A stretch of 63,624 nt of DNA, filler included, from Folioceros fuciformis (Eukaryota), in assembly GCA_049999805.1 (NCBI GenBank). It is 6 parts of 6 records of this genome, joined end to end, with 100 filler letters (N's around TTAATTAATTAA, not from the genome) between each part and the next. Parts side by side here need not be neighbours in the genome. Positions count along the whole stretch, not along the records: positions 22,386 to 34,780 come from JBNGIO010003114.1; positions 34,881 to 45,415 come from JBNGIO010003115.1; 4 more parts are not named here. One strand, given 5' to 3'. A program made the translations under genes and the position numbers. Below, piece after piece: positions 24,868-38,427 of this stretch. Each line of letters starts with the position of its first letter. The first letter of the stretch is position 1. Below the pieces are notes generated by a model. That model saw only the letters and a program-made list of their open reading frames with translations. It ran no database searches and had not been told where the DNA came from.

Positions 24868-27800
24868 TGACAAGTATCGAGCACGCGCGGAGGCTGGTAG
24901 GCGTAGGAAAGATTAGATTAGAGAATGCATTACATACCAGTGTTTTATGCACGCTGCAGACGGTTACTAACCGGTAGGGTTTTAAACTAACCTACGACCT
25001 GTATACCTAACCTATACTAGGGTTACACATGCATATACTAACACTGCCACTCAGGTCTAGAGTTAGGATGGGTACAGTTTATATTTTATAGTTATATATA
25101 TATATATTTGTGTGTGTGTGTGTGTGTGTTGCTAACTGCTAATTGCTATGAAACGTAAAACCTAACTAAAGAAACCTGACAACACGCATAGAAACTCATC
25201 AACCCTAAGCAGGGGTCGGCATCGCTTCAGTCTTCACGTTCCCAACTCAATCTTCGATCCACGTTGTGCTCCACCTCAAAGGATTGTCCGCTGACCTCAG
25301 CCCCATGGCAGCTGCATGCTCGTAGTGCTTGATGCGTCCCAGAGCCTTTGTCAGGATGTCTACGGTCATTACTTCCGTGGGGTAGTAGGAAATCCTTATT
25401 AGGCCTTAAGCTACAATCTCGAGAATGTAATGATGTTTGATTCCGATATGTTTGGTTTTGGCGTGGAAGCAAGGGTTCATTGTTAATGCAATTGCGCTCT
25501 AATTGTTGCATAGCAGGTCTACTGGCAGCTTCTGTGGTATGCCGAGCTCCCTCAATGCTCCCACTGACCAAGTGGTTTCCTTGCATGCCTCGGTCAAACT
25601 CTTGTATTATGCTTTTGTAAATGACAGTGCAATTGTAGATTGCTTCTTACTGCTCCAAGAGATTGCACCACCAACTAAGATTGTCACATAGTTCCTAACG
25701 CTCTTCTGGCTGTCTGGGTCTCCACCCCAGTCAGCGTCACTATAGACTGTTAAATGCAATGCCTTCTTTGCCTTTGAGCTGTACAGGATTCCCCACTTTG
25801 CTATTCTAGAAATGTATCTATAGACCCTTATCATCAGGTTCTCATGAGTTCTATTGGGGTTTGAGACAAACCGTGAAGTCAATCTAGAGGTGAAGGCAAG
25901 ACCAGGCCTGCTGCCTTTCATCAAATGCATTACACTTCCATTCTTTGAAGGATATAGTTCAACATATTGAATGTCCTCTTTAGGTATATCTCCCACTTGC
26001 TTTGTATACTTGACATTCTGCTCTACTGGAGTTGCTACAAGCTTGCAGCTGGTCATGCCATATTTGTCTAAAATTTGCAAGGCATACTTATGTTGGTGTA
26101 GGAAAATGGTGCCCGCACCTCGATTTCGAAGTAGCTGCATGCCCAAGCAGTAGGCAAGTGCACCAACCTTTGTAGTCTTAAAGGCTCTTCTCAGGTGCTC
26201 ATTTAATTCAAATATCATGCGTAGGGAGTTGTTGAGGATGATTATGTCGTCCACATAAATGGCAAGTGCTAGGAAGTCTGAACCTTCTCCTTTCTCTCTC
26301 ATATCCAAGCTCTGTTAGGTACGTGTGGATTCTTTCATACCATGTCCGGGGGCTTTGCTTAAGCCCATACAATGTCTTCTTGAGCTTACAAACTGGACGA
26401 GGCACATTTGCAGCCACTATGACCCCTAAAGGAACTTGCATGAAGATCTCCTCCTACAAGTTCCCAGATAGAAATGCTGTAGTGACGTCCAGTTGCTCCA
26501 ACTCAAGGTTATTCACTGCAGCAAGTGCTACAAACATGTGCAGGGTGTTGAGCTTCACTACAGGGCTGAATGTATCATTATAGTCCACCCCATGTATTTG
26601 TGAATACCCTTTTGCAACTAGCCTTGCCTTGTAGCGTGCAATGCTTCCGTCTGCCTTAAGCTTAATCTTAAAAACCCACTTGCTGCCAACTTGTTTCCTA
26701 TTTGCAGGAAGGCTGACTATTGTCCAAGTGTGGTTTTCATACAAAGAGGCCAACTGGGACTAAATGGCCTTGTACCAGCTCTCAGCAGCAGGACAGCTGA
26801 GGGTTGCTTCGTCAGTTGGAGGTTCGTATAGCACAATGTTGGCAGCTAAGCAGTAAGTTAGATGTGACTTTGGGTGCCGACAGTCCTATGACACATACCG
26901 TTCTGGTGGTCTGTGCGTCCTTTGTGACTACTAAGGCTCAAGGTGAGCATGTTTCACCTTCCTTCTGTGCTGTCCAACCGGTGGAGCTAACGGGGTCACT
27001 GTCTTTGCCTCCTCTAAGCTCAACGACCCAACTGAAGGTGTGTCTTGTAAGTTTTGGCTACTGAGGGTGCGTCCAGGTGTCCGCATTGGTGTCTACACAA
27101 GTGGTGACTGTGGTGCTGGGGGTCTTACTAGTGCCGCTTATGCTACAGGGGCTATAGGTGCCAGAGGCGTAGCAGGAAGAGGAACTCGGATTTCTCCGAC
27201 GATCATCTCCTCCTCCTCTTCTGCAAGAGCCATCGTCAGAGCTTGAATAATCAATTAACATCCCTCCCAGTGGCTATTGAGACTCCACACCTTCGACGAA
27301 CACCACATCCCTGGAATGGGTAACTACCCTTGTTCTTCGATTCAACACCTTGTACCCCTTGATTCCTTCTGTGAACCCAATAAAAATGCAGTGAGTTGAC
27401 TTGGTTCGAACTTCTTGCGCAGGTCCTTGTGTATTTGAGTATACACTGACAAGTCAAACACACAGAGATGCAAAAGGTTTGGCTTCTTGCCTGTCCACAA
27501 CTCATAGGGAGTCTTTCCCTTAACAAATTTATGTGCTATCCTGTTTTGGATGTAGGTAGCATAACCTACTGCCTCTGCCCAGTACACTTTTGGTAGGTTT
27601 GCATAATGGAGCATACTGGAAGCTGATGTCGCCAAGGACTGATTTTTTATTCTCAGAAACCCCATTCTGTTGTGGGGTATGGGCATTCATCAACAGCCTG
27701 CCTATGCCATGCTGTATGCAGCATGCATCAAACTCCTTGGAGATATACTCACCGCCATTATCAAACCTCAGGTTTTTCAGATGACGACCAGTTTGGGTCT

Positions 27801-29801
27801 CAGCCCATGTCTTGTACTCTACAAAGCATGCAAAAATGTCCGATTTTTGCTTCCAAAAATGCACTATGCAAAAACGTGTGTAGTCGTCAATAAAAGTGGT
27901 AAAGTACTCCTTCCCTCCAAGAGAAACTGGCAGCTTTCCACACACATCACTGTGTACGAGTTCTAAGATCTCTGTTGCTCGTGTTGCTTGGCCAACAAGG
28001 AAGGACGTACGCTTGTGTTTGCCCAATACACAAGCTGCGCATACTCCAAAATTTTGGAGATTGTCAATGGTGATGCCTTCCACCAGCTTATCCTTGTAAA
28101 TGTTCACAAGCTTCTGAAAGTTGATGTGACCCAGGCAAAGATGCCATAGGTACGTAAGAGAGGGCTTGGCATAGTGTGTGTAGTCGGCAGCTAAGAGTGC
28201 CTTCTCTTCCTTCATGTCCAGATGATAGAGATTGTCCTTCAGCAGTGTCCAATGGCCAATTGCCATCTCCAAAACACACATAACAGCCCGACTAATCTAT
28301 CTTCTGAAGTGAGACAAGGTTCTTTGCCTGTCCAGGTACATAAAGCACTTCTAGGATTTCTAGGTGCTTATCAGGTTTCAAGTCGAGCTGAATGGTCCCC
28401 TGGCCAGCAATTTCATGCTGGGAGTTGTCTCCTAAGCATACAAACTTTGCAGGTGTGCTCTCATTCAACTCTATAAAGTATGCAACATGCGGGGTCATAT
28501 GCTGCGAGGTGCCGCTGTTTATGTACCAAGTGTGTTTAGGGTGGCTGGCAAAGCAAGTGACTACATTGCATTGTTTGGAGTTGTGATCTCGAGGTGAGGT
28601 CACAGTGGTATCATAGATGACACTTGTACAGAACACCTTGCTGTACTTTTGCATGGTCACTGCAGGTGCCCTAAGGGTACACCTTCTCCAGCCAGTCTCT
28701 TGCAGCATACGTCCCAGGTATGATTTGTTATGCCGCAATGCCCACATGGGGGCTTGCCTTTGCCATTGCCAAAGCTAAGAGGCCTAGAGTTATTACCTCG
28801 GCCTCTGCCTCGGCCTCTACCAAATGGACGTCCTCGTTCACGACCTCTTCTAGGTTTGCCCGTCCAGAGAGCCTTGTCTCCTCCTGAAGAGAGAGACGTA
28901 TTTGCTATTTTCCTCCAGGACTCTTCTGTTAACATAGCTGCTATCACTCGATTAACTGTGATGGCTTATACGTCCTGCAGGCCTTGTACCACACTTGACC
29001 AAGTTTCTGGCAGCGTAGTGAGAAGAATTACTGCAAGGAGCTCCTCCTCCAATGCGAAGCCTGTAGATACCAACTTGGCTGGCGAGTTGCAAAACTCAAG
29101 TACGTGTTTATCCATGGGGTCTGTCTCCTTCATCTTGAGGCCCATAAACTGTTTTAACACAAACATTTGCAACATGAGGTCCCTCGAGTCGTACAAGGCT
29201 TTTACTTGCCTCTACCAGGCAGCAACATTTTCTTTAGCTCCCTGGAATACGCCAGTGTGGGTGCTCTTGACACTAAAGTGAAGGAGTGTCCGAGCCTGCT
29301 GATCATTTTCCTCCCATAGGGCCACCTCTTCTGGTGTAGCAGCAGCGCCAATATGGTGCTGTTAACATACTCCAGAACCAAAGTCCAAGAGGCATTTGTA
29401 GCAGCAGCACAGCAGGGCCGCAACGCTCAAGCCAGAAGAGAAGAAATACCAAGTGCCATCGCCACTAAGAATGTGACCATGGCATTAGAGCCAGAATAAA
29501 CTTTAGGAGAACACCACCGCGTCGTAGAAATCCACTGTAGAGTTAGGGAATTGTAGGTGCCGTGATGCATATGCTAACACAAGCATTTCATATTAGAAAT
29601 CGAGAAGATTCCCACTCTGATACCATGACAAGTATCGAGCATGCGCGGAGGCCGGTAGGCGTAAGAAAGATTAGATTAGAGAATGCATTACATACCTGTG
29701 TTTTATGCACACTGTAGACGGTTACTAACCGTTAGGGTTTTAAACTAACCTATGACCTGTATACCTAACCTATATTAGGATTAGACATGCATATACTATT
29801 A
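24868..29801 (-). mobile_element. Structurally complete but mutated Ty1/Copia element (4.9 kb)
   Basis: 176-bp LTRs at 24868-25043 and 29626-29801; 5-bp TSD GAGCC on both sides; PBS at 29615-29625; gag, CGHC knuckle, WYINSG protease, IN, RT (YVDD) and RNase H (YSDADW) in Copia order. Confidence 0.96.
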
Positions 29802-30765
29802 GAGCCATCTCCCAAAGATTCTCTTTTCTCTCTAATTTGTTGATCACAGGGAGCTAGCTTCAATGGGGGTTTTTGCATCCCCTTGATCCTGCTGATTTTA
29901 GTGTGGAGAGCAATGTGTGGAGCCAACCAGGCTCCCTCTAGATTGCTGCTCACGGGAGCTAATTGATGGGGTTGTGAGAAAGGGGAACGAGGCACTGATC
30001 CTACCCCTTTTTGCTTGTTTCTTTTTCCTTCTCTCCTTCACTTACGGGCAAGGGGCAAAGAGCAAGGCAGGTGCCTCAAACTTCATGGGCTATGGCTAAG
30101 CACAAAGGAGGGGGTGTGGTTCTTGGCCTCATGTTCTTTTGCTCCCCCTCCCCCCTGTTTCTTTTCCTTCTCCGGGTGCAGGTGATCTGGCAATTGCAAG
30201 AGTGGTGATGAAGGGTGGCTTTTGAGCTAATGGAGGGGCTGCAAGTAGTGCTGTGAGTCACAGGTAGGAGCTCGGTTGCAGGAGTCACCAGCGCTGAGGT
30301 GGTTTTCTCTTTGCCGGACGGAAGTGTTGTCGGTAGTGAGAGGATTTGGGGCCCAACCAATGAAACATGGAGACAAGGAAGAGTATGGGTAAGGCAGAGG
30401 TACAGGTGGATTCCACTCTCGCCCCACTAGTGCCAAAGAAGGCCCCCAAGTACGAGAAGATGGAATTTTTGTGCCTTGCAGGATAGGCGTCACCCCAGGA
30501 TCTATGGGACTTCCATCCCTATGTTGTGGATCCTGACGTTAGGATGGAATGGCTCTACGGATGGCACTGGTCCTATGCCCACCCTAAGATGGCAGGGGAG
30601 TGCCACCGACAAATACGGAATGCACATCTGACAATGGGAGATCTTGGGAACACCTGACCTTAGGATAGAAGCTAACGTGGATCTGTCACTAACGTGGATC
30701 TGTCACTACATATCTTATCTTAACAGCACAAACCCTTTAATCATTATTAGCACTAGTTATCATTA

Positions 30766-33700
30766 CTCCCACTTGCTGATTAAGATTTAAGGACAGTCGT
30801 AGCCGCCGTGAGCTATTCGTGAGAGTGTGTCCTTTGAGCTTCAGATCCGCAAAAGATCCACCGCTTTGGAGTAAGCATTGTGTTGCACCAGCACCTCTCC
30901 ATGGCACCTTTGGATATGATGGAGTGCAATAACAGCTCAAAATCGGGGCCTGAATACAGGTTTGCTCCCATTCTTATTCTCCTTTACGCCCTCAGCATCA
31001 CGTTCATAAGACTTTTGGAGCAGAAACTAGTTGAGCTTTGCGAGATGGATACTTCTGCTGACGAAGCGTAGACCAAGCGTTGCACAAGATGCCCTAGGGC
31101 GGTTTGCCGCCACTAGAGCAGATGCCTGCAACAAGAGGAAAGCAACATCTTCTAGAACAACAGGCAGCAGCGCCAACAGGAAGCAAAAACCTAAGAGCCC
31201 TCGAAGCACCGCCATAAGAATTCTTCAGTGCTGTAAGAACCCGCCTGCATCTCAAGGTTCCATGGGAGGCTCTTCAGCACCTCATCCAATCAACGCGGCA
31301 CCTAAGGTTGCAAGATAAGTTCCGCCAACCAAAGCTGTGAGTGGAAAGCTTCCTTCTTGGGAATTTGAGACTGACCAAAATCAATATCTGAGCTTTCCTG
31401 TCCCACCAAGCCTATATGAGGAAACAAAAATCATCCCATTTGGTTCCATCAAGCATCCACGCAGCCCTCTTTGGTACAACGTTGATGTGGGCTGCATCAA
31501 ATCGACTATGGAGCGCATAAAGGTTGAAAATTGTTGGCTGTTTCTAGAGCACATTGTCACCACCTACAGTAAGTTGCAAGTCTGAAAACTGGTGCTTTGC
31601 TTTGGCTGTTGATATGTCTAAAGTTACATTTCTTCACTATGTTGAGCTGTGAAGCAGAAGGCATTATAAGCTCCCACTGTTTGTGGCAGGGTCTACTACA
31701 CGGATGGAGGAAGAAGCAGACTTAGATTCTGATAGTAGGCTCTCTAGTCAAGCAAGAAAAAAAGAGAAGAGAATCAAATCTCTGTTTAGTCCATATACGC
31801 CAGATTCGTCCAAAATAGATGAAGATAGTCCTCAATCAGGAGAATCTGACTCTGGCTCTGGTTCTTTCTTGAATGACTATTCTGAGGAAGAGAGCTCTTC
31901 CTTCAGCCGCCGTAGTTAGGACCCTCTGCCACGTGTGTCCTATCAGTTTTCAAATGAATTGCCTAGGAACTCCGAGGAGTCCCCTAAGCCCAAACGTTTA
32001 ACATGTCTTTCATGAAGCTCCTTTCCAAGAGCTTTAGTGAAAATATATGCTGGATTCTCTTGTGTTGGGATGTATTCCAAACTAATCTTTCCAACTTTGA
32101 CGAGGTCATGAATGAAGTGGTATTTGACCTCTACATGCTTTTTTCTAGCATGAAAGACAGGGTTTTGAGCCAAAAACATCAAGCCTTGATTATCTGTGCA
32201 AATCATTGTACAAGTTGGTAGAACTATACCTATCTCACTCAGCAGCAATGTGCACCAGATCACTTCCTTTGTTGCTGCTGTAAGTACCCTATACTCAGCT
32301 TCTGTACTTGAGAGTGCTACTGTGGGGTGTTTCTTACTCATCCAGCAAATCGGCCCACCAGCAATACTAACAACATAACCAGAAATTGACTTTCTGTTGT
32401 CTATGTTGCCAGCGTAATCTGAGTAAGTATAGACCTCAAGCTCAAGCTGTTGTCCAGGTGTGTAGCTATATTGAATGCCTCTGTTGAGAGTTCCTTTCAA
32501 ATATCTAAACACTCTCTTAGCACATGTCCAATGCTCTTGACCAGGATTTTCTAGAAATTGTGAGAGAGCTTGTTGCAAAGGCTACTTCTGGACGGGTGGC
32601 ATTAGCAGCGTAAATCAACTTTCCAATGGCTTGTCTATAGGGAACTAAAACCATTTTTGCTTTTTCAGCATCTGTTTGAGGTGACATTTCATTGCTCAAC
32701 TTCAGACCAGAAGGTAAGGGTGTTGCACTTGGTTTTGCATCTTTCAGACCTAGCTGCTCTATGCTAGTTAGCAAATATCTTGGTTGTGTAAGAGTTATGA
32801 CCTGCTTTCTCTGTTGCGCTGTACATATATGCCAAGACAATTTTGTAGAGGGCCAAGGTTTGACATCTTAAAAATTTGTGGCCAGCAGGTCTGTGATCCT
32901 TGTGATGAAAGCTTGATTGCTACTGGACAGAATTAGATCATCTACATATACTGCCAGATAACACACAATATCATTCTTATTGTAAATGTACAGGCTTCCA
33001 TTTGCTTGGCTCTTGTGAAATCAAAAGTTAAAAGTTCAGCATCCAGCACTGCATTCCAAGCCATAGCAGACTGCTTCAAGCCATATAAGGTTTTATTTCA
33101 TTTGCAAACGTAATCCTCCTTCCCCTTGACTTCAAAACCTCCTGAGGAGGCTATTGCATATAAATCTCTGTGTCAAGCTTACCATTCAAAAATGTTGTTT
33201 TAACATCAAACATCTGCAACTCATAATTCTTACATGTTGATATTGCACAAATGGCTCGCAGGGTTGGTAGCTTGACCACAGGAGCATTAGTCTCCAAGTA
33301 ATCCACACTTGGGATTTGCGAAAAGCCTCTTACTACAAGTCTAGCCTTATACCTATCAAATATGCCATCTGCTTTGACTGTGAGTTTAAATACCCATTTG
33401 CATGAGACCATCTTCCTGCCAGGAGGTAATTTAGCGAACTCCCAAGTGCTATTCTCAATGAGAGAGTCATATTCTGATTGTATGGCCTTTTGCCAATCTT
33501 GATGATCAGGTCTGCTCAAAGCCTTAGCATAAGACTGTGGTTCAACAGGATCAAGTGAGATAGCAGCATATGCTCGAATATGAGCAGAATATGGACAAAA
33601 ATTAGGTGCACTATAGAAGTCAGGAGGTCGCCATTCTCGTGTGGAATAACAACGAGCAAGTTCAGGAGCTGGCACAGGAGTTGATGCAATCTCATCAGTG

Positions 33701-34780
33701 GTATCAACAGAATTTGGCAACTCTTCAAACTCTGATGTTTCACTATCAAGTAGGGGATCATGTAATATGTCTTGATGAGGATGCAGGTCATGCATAACGG
33801 ACTGATCAAAGTCAATGAACAAAGGTGCATCTTCTGACTCTATAACAACGGCTGGTGTTGCCCCCTTTGCAAAAGATACATCTGAATTCTGAGTCCCATG
33901 GTCTGTGAGATCAAAATGGGAAATCTCCAATGAGTTCTCTGCATCATCATATTCTGGTATTACAGGATGAGTTCCCATTGAAGCCAAAGTCCTGGTTTCA
34001 TCAAAGGTAACGCTCCGAGCATAGATTTTTCTGTTACATGGAACATCATATAGCTTATAGGCTTTTATCCCTTTTGTATAGTCCAGCATAAGGAGCTTAC
34101 GTGCTTTATCTAAGAGTTTAACTCTCTTTTGTTTAGGGATAAAGGCATAAGATAGGCAACCAAAAGTCCTCAAATGTTGTATTGATGGCTTTCTGCCTAT
34201 AAAGGCTTCATAAGGGGTCTTATCTGCAACTGCACTTGTTGGCAATCTATTGCGCAGATAAGGTGAAGTAATCATGGCCTCAGCCCAATAAGGGAGTGGC
34301 AGCATAACATCATGTAGCAAAGAAGAAACCATTTCCTGTAGAGTAAGATTCAAACGCTCTGCAACTCCATTCTATTGTGGAGTATAAACAACTGTGAGTT
34401 GACGACCAATGCCTTTGTCCTTACTGAAGTTCTGAAATTCATTAGATATGAATTCTTCGCCATTATCAGATCTAAGTGTCTTGAGCTGTTTGCCTATCCA
34501 GCATTCAGCAAACTTAATGTACTCCTTAAAGTAGGAAAAGCATTCACTCTTGTTCTTCAGGATATAGGTGGTGACAAAACGACTTTTGTCATTAGTAAAC
34601 GTTAGAAAGTAACGCCCACCTCTAATAGACTCTTGAGATAAGGGTCCACACAAGTCTGTGTGTACAGGCTCAAGGAGATCTGAGGCACGGTAGGGTGCTT
34701 TATTCTTGAAAGCTGCTTGGTGTTTCTTAGATAATGCACAAGCTTCACATAGAGGAGTATCAACCAATGGTCCAATGGGG
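30766..34780 (-). mobile_element. Ty1/Copia (IN, RT, RNase H, ~1.1-kb 3' region, PPT); same family as 4625-7372
   Basis: HTDLCGP, LRSDNG, YWAEA, YKARLVVRGF, SDYAG and KHVEVKYHF; PPT AAGTGGGAG at 30766-30774; shares NLTLQEM and GIKAYKLYDV with 4625-7372. Confidence 0.92.
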
Positions 34781-34880
34781 NNNNNNNNNNNNNNNNNNNN
34801 NNNNNNNNNNNNNNNNNNNNNNNNTTAATTAATTAANNNNNNNNNNNNNNNNNNNNNNNNNNNNNNNNNNNNNNNNNNNN
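34781..34880. other. Artificial assembly spacer
   Basis: N44-TTAATTAATTAA-N44. Confidence 0.97.
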
Positions 34881-35279
34881 TCAGACCCTGACCCCTGACA
34901 CTGACATACCCAGATACCCGTTCCTATGTTCAAACCATTATTTTATTATTTTATTATTTTATTATTTAATATTATTATATTATTATTTATTCATTTAATA
35001 TTATATATCTTTAATTAATATTAAACTAATCACCCAACCCTATGGCCTGGTACCGAACCTAAACCTTCCCAGGTCTGGGACCAAACCTATACCCACTCTT
35101 ATAACCAAACCAACGATTTCCTAGTCAATTAACCTAATTAGCACAAAGAAAAATAGGAAAAATAACCAGAAAATAAAGGAAAATTAGGAAAAATAAGTAG
35201 AAAAAGAAAACCAAACCATACCACTATTAACCCTTTTTCAACCAAAACAAACCACTACCCCAAACTTTGGAGGTTCACA

Positions 35280-37583
35280 ATGGGTGTTTAAATTGAAGCT
35301 CAATGCAAAAGGGGAGATAGCACGCTATAAGGCACGTTTGGTAGCTAGAGGCTTCACTCAGGTGGAAGGCTTGGATTACCAGGAAACATTTTCCCCAGTA
35401 GTCAGATCACAATCAATCAGGGTGATTCTTGCACTTGCTGCTGAGTATGACTTGGATTTACACCAAATGGATGTGTGCACAGCCTTCCTATATGGATCTC
35501 TCGATGAAGATCTATACATGACACAACCAGAGGGGTATGAAGACCCCAAACATCCTAGAAAGGTTCTCAAGCTGCTTAAAACGATTTACGGCTTGAAACA
35601 AGGTGGCAATGTGTGCCTGACCATTCATGTGTATTTGCTGAGTGTGTCCTTCGTTCAAAGTGCTGCAGACAGCAATGTTTATAGACTGTCAAGAGGAGAG
35701 GCTTATGTTGTGCTCGCCTTATATGTTGACGACGTGATCCTGGCGACAAAAAATCAAGACCTGTTAGCAGAAGTCAAAACAATGCTAAGCAGTAAGTTTG
35801 AGATGAAAGATATAGGGGAATTGAAATTCTGTTTGGGCATCCAATTGCTCCCGGTCAGATCTGAAGGTCTGCTGTACATACACCAATGTAAGTACATCCA
35901 ACAGCTGCTGGATAAATTCAAGCTCGATGAGGCACGTCCTGCCTCTACCCCATCTGCCCTAGGAGCTAAGCTTACAAGCTTACAGTGTCCCCAGTCTGCT
36001 GAAGAACAAAAGGAGATGATAGATATCCCTTACCGTCATGCAGTAGGTAGTCTACTGTTTGTCGCAAACTAGACTCATCCAGATATACAATACTATGTAA
36101 GTACCCTGTCACAATTTCTAGAGAAGCCTGTTAAGGCACACTGGGTAGCTGCTAAACGTGTATTTAGATACCTAAAAGGGACCCAATACTATGGACTTTC
36201 CTATAAAAGCAGCGGACAAGGACAACTTACTTTAAGAGGATTTACAGATGCAGATTGGGCATCTGATAGCGACAGCCGTAAAAGCTTATCTACATATTGC
36301 TTCTTATTAGCATCTGCGGTTGTAAGTTGGAGTTGCAAAAAGCAGACATCAATTGCTCTATCCTCGACAAAAGCTGAATATAAAAGCTAAAAGACTCCTC
36401 AAAGGAGGCAGAGTGGGAATGTACCTTCCTACAAGACCTTGGGCAGCAGCAGATAGCAACAACTCCACTCCTGTGTGATAATATGTCAGCACCTGCCCTA
36501 GTTGCAAATCCTCGCTTTCACGCAAGAACAAAACATATCGAGATACAACATCATTATATCAGGGATGTTGTTGAGCGAGGAGTTGTCAAAGTTGGCTATG
36601 TGAGCACAGAAGACAATACTGCAGACATCCTAACTAAAGCCCTGCCTAAGTATAAGCACTTTCTACACATGGCCGGACTCGGCTTACAGGATTTCTCACG
36701 GTATTTCAACGACGAGCTGGCATGAGCAACTGTGGACTTATCTGTAATTACAGTATGCTCAGCACAGCAGAAATGGTCATCAGCAGGCGGATGAAGCCCC
36801 ACGATTACCTTATCGCCTGGCTGCTTGATACCTCAACGACCGTATTCGCCATCTTCCTTGAGCTGGCCCAAGAGCTTCACTGCCTCCCTAAGACGGACGA
36901 CCAAGCCAGCCTCTCTCTCGATTTCCTCCTGTGTCCATGGCCGGAGTTTTTTCCGCCCCGTCCTCGCCAACTGCTACTGGCCTCCTCCAGCTCAGAGTGA
37001 TGTTAAGCTCAACCTGATATCCCATGATATTCAGGTACTGGCCACAGCACAGGCGATGCTCCTCCCCATCAGTCACAATTTCAGGCTCCTAGATAGTGGA
37101 TTGGGAGTTGGATTCCTGTCCGTGCTCCATCCTTCTCCTTGCACGTCATCTGCTACCACTCGCCCTGCTTGCATACAGCTGCCCCCTTCGCATCTTCGTC
37201 ACAACAACAATTGCCAGACGTGTGATTGTGAAGAGGGCTGCCAGCATATAGGCAAGGGCGGTGTCCAGCTTAATCGCCATCACTGGCTCACGTTTTTCCA
37301 GCTGTGTCTGGGAGCGCTTGAGTTTGTTGTGTCCTGGTGCGTCCGAGTTCGATTGTTGGGCATAATGTCTCGCATGTGTCCTGCTTAAGCTTAAAAGGGA
37401 GTGTGAATCGTTAACCCTGGACAGCTTATGCTAGCTATTGAACGGGTTATGTTAATATACATTTAATTTTGCAACCTTTGGATATTAGGGTTTAGTATAA
37501 AAACACATCTGAGATACTTTGCTAATTAATCACTCTTGTTTGTGAGACTCGTGCCATTGCTCATTAGGCTCTCGTCTTACACA
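35280..37583 (+). mobile_element. Ty1/Copia 3' half (RT, RNase H, ~680-bp 3' region, PPT, LTR 37402-~37583)
   Basis: YKARLVARGF, QMDVCTAF, YVDD, DADW and ARTKHIEI; PPT AAAAGGGAG followed by TGTGAA...TACACA. Confidence 0.92.
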
Positions 37584-37628
37584 ACGTGCATAAACGATGC
37601 CCGTTTGTTGATAGGGTTTTTTTTTTGG

Positions 37629-38330
37629 TAAGAGCTCCCTTGACCTTGTGTGCAGCCTGGCTGCTGGGTTAGAGGGTTAATCTAGTGTGCAGATGCACCT
37701 CGGCCTTGATTCCCCATGCCACTAGGGGAACGTGGTGGCTCCCAAAATCGCTGAGATCTGGGTGGCCAGATCCGCAGGGGCTAATCTTTCTTGCAGGCTG
37801 GTTGGGTGGTTGGGGTACCTTGACGTCCCTAAGGGGTTTCCAAGGCGACAGATTGCAGGGCTGTGAGCCGAGGAGGCTATCCAGCCTGGGTCTGCACATC
37901 CCGGCCTCAAGGACTGCAAGTGGGGGGCTACTGTGTTCCAAAATCTAGGAGTGAGACGTGGAGGCGAAGGGTTGAAGAGCTGAAGTGATGGGCAAAGATT
38001 TGAAGTGCTGGAGTAGGGACTTCAAGTGCTGGAGTAGAGACTTGAGGTCAGGAGTTTGGAGTTGTTGTGCTGGTACTGAAGTTCTCAATCAGCTGCTGAG
38101 GTGGCTGGCATTTAGGGCTGAGAGTGGAGGTTTAGGCCGGGACTAGGGCCCCCCTCTCAGCGGCTGAGGTGGTTGATACCAGGAGCTAGAAGTGAGGGCT
38201 GAGGATGATGCTGAGCCCTCATTCAACTGGGGTTCTGATCTTTTTGCTGTAGTGTGGTTAGGTCTAGGAACCGGCTGACAGATAGGGTTAGATTTGGCAA
38301 TGTAGGGAAGATTGTGGGGGAACCTTGACA
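37629..38330. repeat. LTR-like dispersed repeat related to 56632-57624
   Basis: Shared blocks (GAAGTGCTG runs, TTGATAC..GGAGCT.GAA..GAGGGCTGA.GA..ATGCTG, GATAGGGT.AGATT) and an identical terminus AACCTTGACA. Left boundary approximate. Confidence 0.6.
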
Positions 38331-38427
38331 CTAATTCACTCCCTTTGGAGTGAACCCTAGTACTACGACAATAATAAGGGGGAAGTGTGGCCCTTGGTGG
38401 TTCTTGGGGGCAAGATCCATTCCACAC

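Noticed and set aside
29807-30660. Short low-complexity ORFs in the sequence hosting the complete Copia
   Set aside because: No motif I can support; left unannotated.
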